From an uncultured Chloroflexia bacterium (GTDB lineage Bacteria; Chloroflexota; Chloroflexia; QHBQ01; JADMIH01), in contig CAWCNY010000006.1 of NCBI GenBank assembly GCA_963797095.1, positions 1 to 64,000 on the forward strand: a stretch of 64,000 bases of DNA. The letters are read 5' to 3'. The notes under the pieces are model-generated. The model saw nothing but the letters and a program-made list of their open reading frames with translations. It made no database searches and was not told where the DNA came from. The number at the start of each line of letters is the position of its first letter. Position 1 is the stretch's first letter. The translations under genes were made by a program, and so were the position numbers. This document shows positions 41,562 through 52,100 of the stretch, in pieces.

Positions 41562-42221
41562 TCACGCACCCGTCATCAACTGGCGCAATGGCTCTTCACT
41601 CTCCTTGCTCGCCAGCGCGATCACCTCGTCGTCCGGTTGCAGCACCGTATCACCCCTCGGCAAGATCAAGCTGCCGTCGCGCAACACCGCCGAGATAACC
41701 ACGTTGGAAGGGAAAGTCATTTCCGCAAGCGTCTTGCCCACCACGGGCGACTTGCTTTCCACCGTCGCCTCCACGATCGCCACCTGTGCGTGCTTCAAAG
41801 TCATCAGGTGCACCAATCCTCGGTCAGGTATCTCCTGCTCGATGATGCTCAATATCACGTTGGTAGACGACACCGTAACGTCAATTCCCAGCTTCTTGAA
41901 AATCTCCTCGTTCTTGGGGTTGTTCACGCGGGCGATAGTGCGCGGCACATTGAACAACCGCTTGGCCGTCTGGCATATCACCAGGTTATCTTCGTCATCG
42001 CCCGTTACCGCCACCACCACATCGGCGCGTGCCGTGCCTGCCGCTTCCAGTGTGCCAAGCTCCGCGCCATCCCCCTCCATCACCACCGACCCGAACCGCT
42101 CGGCATACACCATCACCTTCTTGGGGCTTTTCTCGATCAGAAGTATCTCATACCCTTCATTCACCAGCGTCTTGGCAAGGTAGTATCCGACCTTCCCCCC
42201 ACCAACCACTATTATGTACAT
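41562..42221 (-). CDS. trkA: TrkA/KtrA potassium-uptake regulatory subunit (RCK-N + RCK-C)
   Basis: 'IIVVGGGKVG', 'AVTGDDEDN', C-terminal 'PRGDTVLQPDDEV'. Confidence 0.9.
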   Translation of the reverse strand: MYIIVVGGGKVGYYLAKTLVNEGYEILLIEKSPKKVMVYAERFGSVVMEGDGAELGTLEAAGTARADVVVAVTGDDEDNLVICQTAKRLFNVPRTIARVNNPKNEEIFKKLGIDVTVSSTNVILSIIEQEIPDRGLVHLMTLKHAQVAIVEATVESKSPVVGKTLAEMTFPSNVVISAVLRDGSLILPRGDTVLQPDDEVIALASKESEEPLRQLMTGA

Positions 42222-42279
42222 ACACTCTCCTTACTTACCGCTCCCCACTCCCCACTCGCCACTTGTCCCTCGCCACTTG

Positions 42280-42711
42280 TCACTCGCTACTCGCACTGAC
42301 CATCGGCTTAGCATGCTCCAATATTATATCGCGTGCTTTGGTCGATACAAGCGTTGTAGGGCACACCGTTTCAAGGCCCAATTCATGATAGAGCGTTTCG
42401 CGACCAGGGTCATAGATGCGGGCCAGCACGTTCGGCACGCCGAATATCTCCTTGGCGATCTGTCCAGCCATAATATTCGTATTGTCGAAGTTGGTCACAG
42501 CAGCGAATGCGTCAGATCCATCAATCCCAGCCGCCTTCAGCACGTCCGCATCAATTCCGGTGCCAAGTGTGGTTTGTCCCCTGAAGGTTTCAGGCAGCCT
42601 GTTCAATGCGTCGGGGTCCGAGTCGATAATACTGACCGAGTGGCCCTCGGCCTCCATCAACTGCGCCAGCCGCGCCCCTACGCGCCCGCAGCCAAGTATC
42701 ACAATTTTCAT
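42280..42711 (-). CDS. TrkA-N (RCK-N only) protein
   Basis: 'IVILGCGRVG', 'ARIYDP', 'TVCPT'. Confidence 0.9.
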   Translation of the reverse strand: MKIVILGCGRVGARLAQLMEAEGHSVSIIDSDPDALNRLPETFRGQTTLGTGIDADVLKAAGIDGSDAFAAVTNFDNTNIMAGQIAKEIFGVPNVLARIYDPGRETLYHELGLETVCPTTLVSTKARDIILEHAKPMVSASSE

Positions 42712-42835
42712 TTGGTTCTCCTACCAGAGCAGTCGACAGCCCAAATAACCGGCAACCGACTACCAACAACTAACAACCAGGAACCTGAAACTATCGTCCC
42801 TCGTCCTTCGTCTATCGTCCATTGTCAACCGGCAA

Positions 42836-43382
42836 CTAGCACTCAGGCATCGGCGCACGGCAGATGTACACCCTGCAAGGTGCATGCTTCATCACATAGG
42901 GGATTGTCTTGCCCAGGTCCAACTCGCCCAGCTTCTTCTGGTATGGGGTGGACATCACAATCAGCTCACTCGCGCTCTCTCGCGCCATATCCACTATGGC
43001 TGCGCCCGCGCTCCTGGCCTGCAAGATCGTGGGCATCCACTTCCAATCCCAACTCTTGGGCCACCTTCTCGGCGTGGTCCAGGGCCTGTTCGCCCTTCTC
43101 TACCTGGTCAGGGAGGTCGGCATCAAGGGGCAGCGAGTGCGGCACTTGCACCACATACACCACGTCCACGGCCACGTGCCGTCCCTTGCCTTTTTTGCCC
43201 AGCGCGTACGTATACGCCAGCCTCATCGCCTCGTCGTCGATGTCGGCTCCCTTGACCGTTACCATTATTCGTTTGGGCTTGTTGTCTCTCTCCCTTTCTT
43301 TATCGTCTCCGTTGCCGTTATGACGGTCACGGTTAAATATGCTAGCCAATGTTTTACTCTTTCCTTCTCTTTCCTTGCTCAT
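42836..43382 (-). pseudogene. Universal stress protein (USP), frameshifted
   Basis: N-part 'RIMVTVKG...VYVVQVP' and C-part 'ILQARSAGAAIVD...LGKTIPYVMKHAPCRV' are in different frames; one extra base at ~43031-43033. Confidence 0.85.
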
Positions 43383-44374
43383 CGACGTGTGTGGCCTTCC
43401 ACTCACCACACACACGTCTTAACTTATCTACAAGAATATACGTATAAAGGTTGCTTCTATCAACTCAGCCCCACGCGCGCCGTGCCCGCAATCCCACCCT
43501 TGTGGGCGGCGCAAGCCGTGCCGAAGTATAAACCTCAGGCTCGGTATGGCTCTTTCTATCGTCTGATCCGAGATTGCGACTTGTGGGCGGGTTGGAAGTG
43601 CCGAATGCTGCCCTCGATAAGTACCGGGGTACTGCCTCTCGCCGGGAGATGGTTAAGCACTGCTCGCGTCTCCCTGCCGGGAGTTTGTAGCATAAACTTG
43701 CCTGTTGGGAACAGCCATCCCCTTCCGGCGGATTTGTATCAAAGCTCATATTCAGGGGGCGAACAGCCTCTAGTTGGCCCGCAATCGATGCTATCCGGTC
43801 AGGATCAGCCCATCTTGCTTGCCGGACCTCGCCCCGTCGTCCGGCCTTCGGTCACGCCCGGTCTTGCCCTGAGCGTGCCACTCCTACCCTTCTACTTATC
43901 CTTATCCTTCCAGTTCTGCGTCATATCGCAAGTACTAATTATATCACATTTGCGCTCGAAATGCATGCTTTTGAACCAACAAAAACCAGCAAATCGTGCG
44001 CGAATCAAACTGGGCCCCCACGTAAGGGCGCTCAGTATCAATGCCCCTGCGGCCTGTACGTTTTCTACCTTATCGCCGGTGTTGCCTTTTGATTGGGTAG
44101 TGCTGCGTCGGCATTAACATCATGCACCAGAACTCCGAAATACTCAATAGTCCTATTGTCCTGCTATCACCCGATTTGCCCTATGATTTCTCTCCTATCA
44201 CATTTGAAGTTCCGAATAGTATTATCGATTGCACTCAAATACTCCTGGCGGTTTGTAGTTGGTTGGTGTTACTTGCCCACATTTTTACATCCTATATACC
44301 GGCTTATACTGACTTTGTCACATTCACATGCTAGTATTGATAATGGCAGATTCTATCCATGCAGGAGCAATGAG

Positions 44375-46363
44375 ATGAAGAAGACGAAAATACCACGGAA
44401 TCTTGCGCCAATCCTTCTGGCTCTCTTACTCTGGCTATTCTCGGCTCCATCATACAACGGGGTCACGCATGCAGTTTATGCCAACCAGCCGCAGAGCCTA
44501 TACTTCCCCGAAACAAGCCACTATATCGCTGGTAAGTTCCTCGCCTACTGGCAAACCGATGGCGGCCTCATGCGCTTCGGCTACCCGATCTCCACGGAGT
44601 TCCAGGAGCAGAATGCCATTGATGGACACATCTATACTGTCCAATACTTCGAGCGCGCCGAATTGGAATTGCACACTGAGAAGCAGTCACCCTACGATGT
44701 ATTGCCATCGCTGTTGGGCACATTCCAGTACGAGGAAAGATTTCCCAATGGTGCGCCAAATCAAATCCCCAATATCGGCGCGGATTCTGTGCTCTTCCCA
44801 GAGAGCGGCAAGCACCTTGGAGGTATGTTTCTCGCCTGCTGGCGGAGTGGGGGTGGCTTACCCGCCTATGGATACCCCATCTCTGATGAATTCGCGGATG
44901 CTTATTCGTCAGGGGGCAAGACCTACACAGTCCAATACTTCGAGCGCGCTGTACTCGAGTTGCATCCCGAAAACATCGGCACGCCCTACGAAGTGCTGTT
45001 AGGCCAACTAGGCAACTCTCGCTACCGGGCGATGTATATCCTAAAGGCGCCACCGGATATTGCCGTGCCTGTGCCGCCCACTATGTCGTCCCAAGCCGTC
45101 GCTTACCTGCGTGATGCGCTGGACTATATACAGTACAACTCAATCCTACGAGACAAGATGGATTGGGTTTCACTACGCAACTTAGCCCTGAATGTGGCTC
45201 GCAATGCTCAAACTACTTCAGACACCTATCCTGCCATCGATTCCGTGTTGGCCAGTTTGCACGACGCCCATTGTGTTCTCATTCGACCAGGAGAACTACC
45301 TACCGCTGAGCCTGCATCAAAGAGGGTCGGCATCATGGTGTGGTATCAGGATCGCATCGTAACCCGCGTAGAAGCCGGTAGCCTGGGCGAGCGTGCAGGT
45401 GTGCGTGTGGGCGATGTAGTAGCAGAGATCAACGGGTCTGCCGTTGAAGGGATAAGTGCTTCCGAGTTTTTCGCGCAGTTGTATGGCGGCTCGTATGTCG
45501 AACTGACATTGGCGCGTGCCCAGGAGGGCGATCTCAAGATCAGCATCGCTCATGAATACGTTTATGAATGGTCCATACCAAGCGGGCGCAGACTGGAAGG
45601 TGATATCGGCTATATCTCTGTGCCGTCGACAAGTCCATTTGAGGCTTATGATCCAGATGGCTATACCAATTTTGGCAGTGTTGGGCAGCAGATCATCAGA
45701 GATATCGACACTGCAAACCCTAACCCCATCCGTGGCTGGATTGTCGACCTGCAATTGGATGGAGGGGGCAGCATTTCTCAGATGGTGCTGGCAGCAGGTC
45801 CCATTCTTGGCGATGCCTATCTCGGCGGATACGTTGATAACGAAGGGCATATCACTGGATGGGTGCTTCGTAACGGTCGATACTACTGGGTAAAAGATAA
45901 CGCTGAAGAGCAATTGATAACCTGGATAGACAACCCATATACGTTGCAACGGCCCCTGCCACCCGTTGCCGTACTAACAAGCCGATTTACCGCGAGTGCA
46001 GGCGAAGCTACTTTGATCTCATTCCGAGGTCGTGCTTATGTTCGTACCTTTGGGCAACTCACCTATGGCGTGCCCAATGCTCCTGACGTAAAGGTTATGA
46101 GTGACGAGGCAATGATCAAACTGACCGTGGCAGTCGAAATGGATCGGACGGGGCATCTTTACGGCTACAACGAGAAGATACGTCCTGATCAGTTCGTGTC
46201 CCCCAATTATGATTACAGAGTGCTTGGTTCCGATGATGACCCGGCCGTAAAGTCGGCTGTTGATTGGCTGCACGGCCAGTTAGATGAGCCTCAAGCACGG
46301 AACAATAGCATTTCGACACAGTACGAGTATGTTCCTCTAATGAAGTTGGAGTATGTTCGTTGA
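44375..46363 (+). CDS. Secreted S41-family peptidase with two LGFP-like modules and a PDZ domain
   Basis: Signal peptide; 2 x 'FPE.....YW/CW...GG...GYPIS...QYFERA'; PDZ 'GSLGERAGVRVGDVV'; S41 'TASAGE', 'FGQLTYG', 'IRPD'. Confidence 0.85.
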   Translation: MKKTKIPRNLAPILLALLLWLFSAPSYNGVTHAVYANQPQSLYFPETSHYIAGKFLAYWQTDGGLMRFGYPISTEFQEQNAIDGHIYTVQYFERAELELHTEKQSPYDVLPSLLGTFQYEERFPNGAPNQIPNIGADSVLFPESGKHLGGMFLACWRSGGGLPAYGYPISDEFADAYSSGGKTYTVQYFERAVLELHPENIGTPYEVLLGQLGNSRYRAMYILKAPPDIAVPVPPTMSSQAVAYLRDALDYIQYNSILRDKMDWVSLRNLALNVARNAQTTSDTYPAIDSVLASLHDAHCVLIRPGELPTAEPASKRVGIMVWYQDRIVTRVEAGSLGERAGVRVGDVVAEINGSAVEGISASEFFAQLYGGSYVELTLARAQEGDLKISIAHEYVYEWSIPSGRRLEGDIGYISVPSTSPFEAYDPDGYTNFGSVGQQIIRDIDTANPNPIRGWIVDLQLDGGGSISQMVLAAGPILGDAYLGGYVDNEGHITGWVLRNGRYYWVKDNAEEQLITWIDNPYTLQRPLPPVAVLTSRFTASAGEATLISFRGRAYVRTFGQLTYGVPNAPDVKVMSDEAMIKLTVAVEMDRTGHLYGYNEKIRPDQFVSPNYDYRVLGSDDDPAVKSAVDWLHGQLDEPQARNNSISTQYEYVPLMKLEYVR

Positions 46364-46398
46364 TCTACCTGATTCGAGTCAACAGTGAGGTACCGCCT

Positions 46399-46668
46399 AT
46401 GAACGCTGAACTGAAAGATATCGCTTCTTGTCTCTTCCTGGCGGCCATATTCATAATACTGGCCCTCCTCTATGGGTGGTTCGCTTCCGCTGGCCCCAGC
46501 TACGCAATGCGAAGGCTGATGCAGCAGTGGCCGGGACGCAATCCCCGCACAGATCCCAAGAGCGATGACTATCTGCATAGCCTCGTCGAAAAAGGGGTAA
46601 AGCAAAGCAAGAACGTCGGTGAAGATTGGGAGAAACTAGAGGGACCCGATAAAGATGCTCCCTCCTGA
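46399..46668 (+). CDS. Small single-TM hypothetical protein
   Basis: GAGGT before ATG; one hydrophobic helix. Confidence 0.5.
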   Translation: MNAELKDIASCLFLAAIFIILALLYGWFASAGPSYAMRRLMQQWPGRNPRTDPKSDDYLHSLVEKGVKQSKNVGEDWEKLEGPDKDAPS

Positions 46669-46742
46669 CCCCAATCGTCTCTCCATCTCTTGCTATCGGA
46701 CCTCTAAGAGGTTACAATTAACTGTAATCTACCTAGAGGAAA

Positions 46743-49646
46743 ATGATGCCCCGCAAGAAAGAAACTAAGAAGAGCGAACTGGAAGAGATAGTAAGCCATT
46801 CTACAAGCGGCAACGGTTTCGATGCCGAAGGGATGCTCGATGCCATAGAATCGGGCGATTTTGATGAGCCTATCATCGAAATAGATATAGTCCAAGCCCA
46901 GGAAGGGTCCGCCTCTCCCGAAATCGGTGAGCCTATCACCGCCGAGCCTGATGAAAAACCTGCTCGCCGCCGTCGCACAGGAGGCCGCAAACGCCCCATA
47001 AATGACAACAGCGTGCGTTTGCCGCTTCTCCCTCTGCGCGACATGGTGATTTTCCCACACATGGTCACGTCGCTATTTGTGGGGCGAGAAAGATCGCTTA
47101 AAGCTATCGAAGCAGCCATGACGGGCGAGCGTGCTCTGGTTGCTGTTGCCCAGCACAACCCAGAAGACGAAGAGGTTGGGCCGGAAGACCTCTACGATAT
47201 GGGCGTGGAGATAGTGGTTGGCCGCTCCCTCAAGATGCCCGATGGTACCGTCTCCCTGCTGGTACAGGGCCAGCGCCGCGTGCGCATCCTTCGCTATGTG
47301 CGCAACGAACCATTCGCGGTTGTCGAAGGCGAAACTATCGAAGACTCGCTCGATAAGACGGCGGCCACCGAAGCCCTTATGCGTGCTGTGCTCGCCCTCT
47401 TCGAGAAGATCGTCAAGTTCTCGCCCAACCTCTCCGAAGAGTCCTTTGTTGCCGCTATGAACGTGGATGAGCCTGGTTGGTTGGCCGATCTGATCGCCTC
47501 CACGGTCGAGCTAAACCACGAGAGCCGCCAGCAAATCCTCCAAAGCGTTGACCCCGTAGAGCGCCTACAGACCCTCAGCCTCATGCTCGCAAAAGAGCTT
47601 GACGTGCTCGATCTCAAGAACCAGATACAGGACCGCGTTCAGAGTGAGGTGGACAAAAGCCAGCGCGAGTTCTATCTGCGCGAGCAAATGAAGGCTATTG
47701 CCCAGGAGCTACAGGACTACGACCCGGCCACCCGTGAGGCCAACGACCTGCGCACCAGGATTGAAACCGCCGGTATGCCCGAAGAGGTTCAGAAGAAAGC
47801 CCTCGATGAACTGGAGCGCCTCCAGGCTATGCCCATGGGCATGCCCGAAGTGGGGGTTATCCGCACCTACCTTGATTGGCTGATCACCCTACCCTGGCAC
47901 ATTGAGACCCGCGATCATCTTGACATAAAAATGGCAGGGCAAGTGCTCGATGCCAACCACTACGGGCTTGGCAAAGTCAAGGAGCGCATATTGGAGTATA
48001 TGGCCGTGCGCAAGTTGGCCGAGGGGAAGATGCGCTCTCCGATCCTCTGCTTCGTTGGCCCTCCCGGCGTGGGTAAGACCTCGCTTGGACGCTCGATTGC
48101 CACTGCGCTTGGGCGCAAGTTTGTACGCGTGTCGCTGGGCGGTATCCACGACGAGGCTGAGATCAGGGGTCACCGCCGCACGTATATCGGCGCGTTGCCA
48201 GGCCGGATCATCCAGACTATGAAGACCGCCGGGACCATAAATCCGGTCTTCATGATGGACGAGATCGATAAAGTGGGAGCCGACTTTCGGGGTGATCCCT
48301 CGGCGGCTCTCCTCGAAGTGCTCGACCCCGAGCAGAACAATGCCTTCTCCGACCACTACCTTGATGTGCCTTACAACCTGTCGAAGGTCTTGTTCATCAT
48401 GACCGCCAATATCCTCGACCCGATCCCGCCGGCCCTTCTAGACCGTATGGAGGTGATAGAGCTTCCCGGCTATATTGAAGACGAGAAGTATCACATCGCC
48501 AAGCAATTCCTGGTGCCCCGCCAGATCGAAGAGCACGGCCTCACTCCTGCTCACATCAAGTTCTCAGATGGGGCGATCCGTCGCCTCATCCGCGAGTACA
48601 CTCGCGAAGCAGGCGTACGCAACCTGGAGCGAGAGATCGGCACCATCTGCCGTAAGGTCGCCAAGCAAGTGGCTGAGAATATGCCCCCCGAACCTATGGA
48701 CAGCGATCAAGCAAACGGTATGATATCGCCTTTCCCTGGCTCCGGACTCGCGGCTATTCCTTCACAAATTCATGACCCCACCTCCCAGGAATTGAACACT
48801 GAGCCGCTCGATGCAAGTGCCCTGGAAACTGAGGTTTCCGGCGTATCGTCGGATATGGCTCCGACCCCTCTTCCTGTCGAAGATGGCGGCGCTAGCAAGC
48901 AGCGTCGCATACGAGCGCGCGTGATCCACGACACCGACATCGAAGCCTACCTCGGCGCACCTCGCTTCGACTACGGATTGGCCGAGGAGAAGGATGAGGT
49001 AGGTGTAGCAACAGGAGTCTCATGGACTCCCGTTGGCGGTGACACCATCAGCATAGAAGTTAGCCTGATGGAGGGCAAGGGCGGTCTACTTCTGACAGGA
49101 CAGCTGGGAGAAGTTATGAAAGAGTTGGCTCAGGCCGCCCTCAGCTATGCGCGCTCTCGCGCCCGCCAACTTGGTATCGACCCTGCCCGCTTCGAGAGGA
49201 CAGACATCCACGTACATGTACCCGCCGGTGCGATCCCTAAGGATGGCCCTTCGGCAGGTGTTACCATGGCTACAGCCCTGGTGTCGGCTCTAACCGGCAG
49301 GGAAGTACGCCGTGACGTAGCGATGACCGGCGAGATCACCCTGCGCGGCAAAGTTCTCCCTATCGGCGGCCTCAAAGAGAAAGTGCTGGCGGCCCACCGT
49401 GCGGGTATTGCCACCTTCGTTCTCCCACGCAAGAACGAGAAGGACCTGGATGAGATACCGGGCAAGGTGCGTCGCGGCCTTCAAATGATACCTGTTGATG
49501 AGCTTGACGCCGTACTGGCGATAGCCCTCCGGCCGGCCCCCGGCCAATCGGATGTCAAGCAAGAGTCGCCCGTCAAGCCGCCACTCCCTGTCAAGGCGCG
49601 CACCCAGCGTCGTGGCGAAATGCCGGGCACGGTACGCGCAACCTGA
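46743..49646 (+). CDS. lon: ATP-dependent protease La (Lon)
   Basis: LON-N '[10 protein letters not shown]', Walker A GPPGVGKT, 'PKDGPSAG', 'PIGGLKEK'. Confidence 0.97.
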   Translation: MMPRKKETKKSELEEIVSHSTSGNGFDAEGMLDAIESGDFDEPIIEIDIVQAQEGSASPEIGEPITAEPDEKPARRRRTGGRKRPINDNSVRLPLLPLRDMVIFPHMVTSLFVGRERSLKAIEAAMTGERALVAVAQHNPEDEEVGPEDLYDMGVEIVVGRSLKMPDGTVSLLVQGQRRVRILRYVRNEPFAVVEGETIEDSLDKTAATEALMRAVLALFEKIVKFSPNLSEESFVAAMNVDEPGWLADLIASTVELNHESRQQILQSVDPVERLQTLSLMLAKELDVLDLKNQIQDRVQSEVDKSQREFYLREQMKAIAQELQDYDPATREANDLRTRIETAGMPEEVQKKALDELERLQAMPMGMPEVGVIRTYLDWLITLPWHIETRDHLDIKMAGQVLDANHYGLGKVKERILEYMAVRKLAEGKMRSPILCFVGPPGVGKTSLGRSIATALGRKFVRVSLGGIHDEAEIRGHRRTYIGALPGRIIQTMKTAGTINPVFMMDEIDKVGADFRGDPSAALLEVLDPEQNNAFSDHYLDVPYNLSKVLFIMTANILDPIPPALLDRMEVIELPGYIEDEKYHIAKQFLVPRQIEEHGLTPAHIKFSDGAIRRLIREYTREAGVRNLEREIGTICRKVAKQVAENMPPEPMDSDQANGMISPFPGSGLAAIPSQIHDPTSQELNTEPLDASALETEVSGVSSDMAPTPLPVEDGGASKQRRIRARVIHDTDIEAYLGAPRFDYGLAEEKDEVGVATGVSWTPVGGDTISIEVSLMEGKGGLLLTGQLGEVMKELAQAALSYARSRARQLGIDPARFERTDIHVHVPAGAIPKDGPSAGVTMATALVSALTGREVRRDVAMTGEITLRGKVLPIGGLKEKVLAAHRAGIATFVLPRKNEKDLDEIPGKVRRGLQMIPVDELDAVLAIALRPAPGQSDVKQESPVKPPLPVKARTQRRGEMPGTVRAT

Positions 49647-49662
49647 TACGTGATGTCCTAAC

Positions 49663-49699
49663 AGAAAGAAGGACGCTTCTTGTGAGCGTCCTTCTTTCT
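49663..49699. terminator. Bidirectional intrinsic terminator
   Basis: 15-bp stem AGAAAGAAGGACGCT/AGCGTCCTTCTTTCT between convergent genes. Confidence 0.8.
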
Positions 49700-49772
49700 A
49701 TTGCGGCTATTGCATTGTCGGAGAGGTAGGCGTTTTTGTCACGCCTTCCCTACAAGTGGCTGTGACAAGCCA

Positions 49773-52100
49773 TTAGCGTGTAGGTGCACACGAAGAGAAG
49801 AAGGAGTTACTTACTATTTTGCTTGTCTGACCTCGTGTGACTGTACCTGATGGGCGGAAGTAGGGGCGGTTTAGAGGTGCGACACAAGGCTCGCCTGGGC
49901 CTCCGCAAACGTAGCCTCCGATAATGCTCCGACCGGCAAGACGCTCGGTGTAATCATAGAAGGTTGAGCCAGGCGGAACGTCCTGGAATGTTTGTCCGCT
50001 CACAGGATCGGTGAAGCCTGCAGCAATTGAAACGATTTTGGTGAGTTGTCCTCGCGTAGCCTGGCCGTTAGAGCGGAAGTAGGGGCGATTGTCGGGGCCG
50101 ATACATGGCTCGCCTGGGCCTCCGCACGGGTAACCCAACATCACATTGTGAGACACCAGTCTGCCGATGAACTCGTAGAATGTCGAGCCCGGGACCACAT
50201 CCTCAAAGGTCTGGGCGAGAACCGGTTCCGTGAAGCCCGCAGAGTTGGACACTATCTTGGCAATTTGGCCCCTGGTGACGGTGGCCTGTGGGCGGAAGTA
50301 GGGGTCGCTGTTACCATTGCAAGGCTCGCCATCTCCACCGCATGGGTAGCCGTTGATTATGCCCTCGCATGCCAGGCAGCGCGCGTACGGATAGAACGTG
50401 TTGTCGGGTGCGACGTCGGCGAATTGGATAGCGCAGGACGTGGGAGTCGCAGTATCTGTTGAGCTGGGAAGCGACGTATCTGTTGGTATTGGTGATGGCA
50501 CGTTCGTATCGGTGGCTATGGGGGTTACGGAAAGCCCTGGGGTTTGCGTCGGCGGAGTGGTAGGTGTGTCTATTGGTGTGCTTGTACGAGTGGAAGTGTT
50601 GGCGGGAGCATTGGTAGGTGTGTTCGTTGGCGTGCGCGTAGCCGTGCTGGTACGAGTAGCCGTGCCGGTGCGGGTAGCTGTATCGGAAGGTGGTACGGGG
50701 GTCGCAGTAGGACCGCCAGGCGTTTGGGTGGGTGCAGTAGTGGCTGTATTGACAGGAGTGTCCGTGGTAGTAGGGCTGTCGGTTGGAACGTTAGTGTGAG
50801 TGGCAGTTGCGATAGTTGTTGGTGTGTTAGTATCTGTGGCAATTGGGCTGCCTGTTGGTACGCCAGTGTGAGTAGCAGTAGCGGTCGATGTGCGTGTGCG
50901 GGTGGACGTGGGGGTTCTGGTGCGGGTGGCAGTGGGAGGCAGCGCAGTTGGTGTGCGCGTTGCGCTGGGCGTCGCGGTAGGCGGTGTGCCCGTGGGAGTG
51001 TTGGTTGGTGTGCCACTATTGAAATTTGTAGCTTCGGCTAAGATCCTATTCTTGACCGATACTCCATAAGGGTCGCTTGGTACGAAGTTGGTTCTTGGTC
51101 CAGTTAGCAAGCATGGACACCCCTCACTGTCGAAAATCCAGGCAGTCCAACTTATATGACGTGTTCCATTGTTCATCAGCGTCATGAGTTTGTCGGTATC
51201 TTCCTGATCCATCTGGCCGCCTGTGCCAAACTCGGTTACTAATACCGGATAGCCGGCATCGGCAACGGGCAAGAAATAATCCCAATCGTTTGTGGTGTAG
51301 TAATGGTCATATGGGTGTGAAGAGTAGACAACATTTTCCCCTCCATCTGCTTGAATTGGATCAAGATAACCTACCCCGTACTCATCTACAACAACAGGAC
51401 TTATATCCCGTCCATAGCCGTCGCCTGATGCTAAGATAAGGTGTTTATTGGGAGATGGATTGTCTACTGCACGCATTGCAAGAATCATACGGTCGTAGGA
51501 AGGACGAAGGGTATTCCATGTCACGTGGTAATATTGGCCGTTCCAATTATCGCTATGGGGCTCTGCCTGAAGCATGAACATGACGTTTGATTTGTCTCTA
51601 TACCGCTGTACCAGATCTACCAAAGCTTGCTGCGCATTTGGATCCACATCCGGGTTAGGTGGCTGGTCTCCATTTATAGTCGGGTAGTAATAGCAGAATA
51701 TGATATACATTCCGTTCTGCTCGGCAAGTTGCTGGTACTCGTCGAGCACTCCAAGATAAGTAGCATCACCCGCAACTACTGGAGCCGAGGCAAAGCCATG
51801 AGTTATGAGGTTCGCATGCCAGGTGGAAGCAAGTTCGGGCATAGCTAATCTCTCATAGCTCATATCTGGATATACCCATTCATTTCGTAGTACATTTACG
51901 CCTCTTAGCTCTACTCGCTCATTGTTGTCAACACGTACTATCTGGCCGTTCATTGTTTTGAGCCAGGGTAAGTTAGTTGTCGTAGGTACATTAGAGCTAA
52001 TTTGCAGTGCAGGTCTGGCGAGACCTTGTAGGGGGGTTGCGGCGACAACGAGAATGGAAATAGCAGCCAGGGCTGCAAGAGTGCGTATGATCCTATTCAT
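49773..52100 (-). CDS. Secreted GH5 (cellulase-family) glycoside hydrolase with Pro/Thr linker and three SLH-like repeats
   Basis: 'LRGVN', 'QAEPH' acid/base, 'YSSHPY', 'PVLVTEFG' nucleophile, 'WTAW'; SLH repeats with CGG(P/D)GEPC. Confidence 0.82.
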   Translation of the reverse strand: MNRIIRTLAALAAISILVVAATPLQGLARPALQISSNVPTTTNLPWLKTMNGQIVRVDNNERVELRGVNVLRNEWVYPDMSYERLAMPELASTWHANLITHGFASAPVVAGDATYLGVLDEYQQLAEQNGMYIIFCYYYPTINGDQPPNPDVDPNAQQALVDLVQRYRDKSNVMFMLQAEPHSDNWNGQYYHVTWNTLRPSYDRMILAMRAVDNPSPNKHLILASGDGYGRDISPVVVDEYGVGYLDPIQADGGENVVYSSHPYDHYYTTNDWDYFLPVADAGYPVLVTEFGTGGQMDQEDTDKLMTLMNNGTRHISWTAWIFDSEGCPCLLTGPRTNFVPSDPYGVSVKNRILAEATNFNSGTPTNTPTGTPPTATPSATRTPTALPPTATRTRTPTSTRTRTSTATATHTGVPTGSPIATDTNTPTTIATATHTNVPTDSPTTTDTPVNTATTAPTQTPGGPTATPVPPSDTATRTGTATRTSTATRTPTNTPTNAPANTSTRTSTPIDTPTTPPTQTPGLSVTPIATDTNVPSPIPTDTSLPSSTDTATPTSCAIQFADVAPDNTFYPYARCLACEGIINGYPCGGDGEPCNGNSDPYFRPQATVTRGQIAKIVSNSAGFTEPVLAQTFEDVVPGSTFYEFIGRLVSHNVMLGYPCGGPGEPCIGPDNRPYFRSNGQATRGQLTKIVSIAAGFTDPVSGQTFQDVPPGSTFYDYTERLAGRSIIGGYVCGGPGEPCVAPLNRPYFRPSGTVTRGQTSKIVSNSFFSSCAPTR

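Noticed and set aside
40182-42299. 705-aa plus-strand ORF (and similar long antisense ORFs at 25788-27386, 32060-33769, 14966-16321)
   Set aside because: Shadows of well-supported genes on the opposite strand, expected in GC-rich DNA.
43780-43860. SRP RNA-like 'GGTCCGGCAAGCAAG' on the minus strand
   Set aside because: Only a partial resemblance to the SRP domain IV consensus; flanking helix not evident.
42909-44117. 402-aa plus-strand ORF
   Set aside because: Overlaps the USP gene antisense, has no motif or SD, and has atypical composition.
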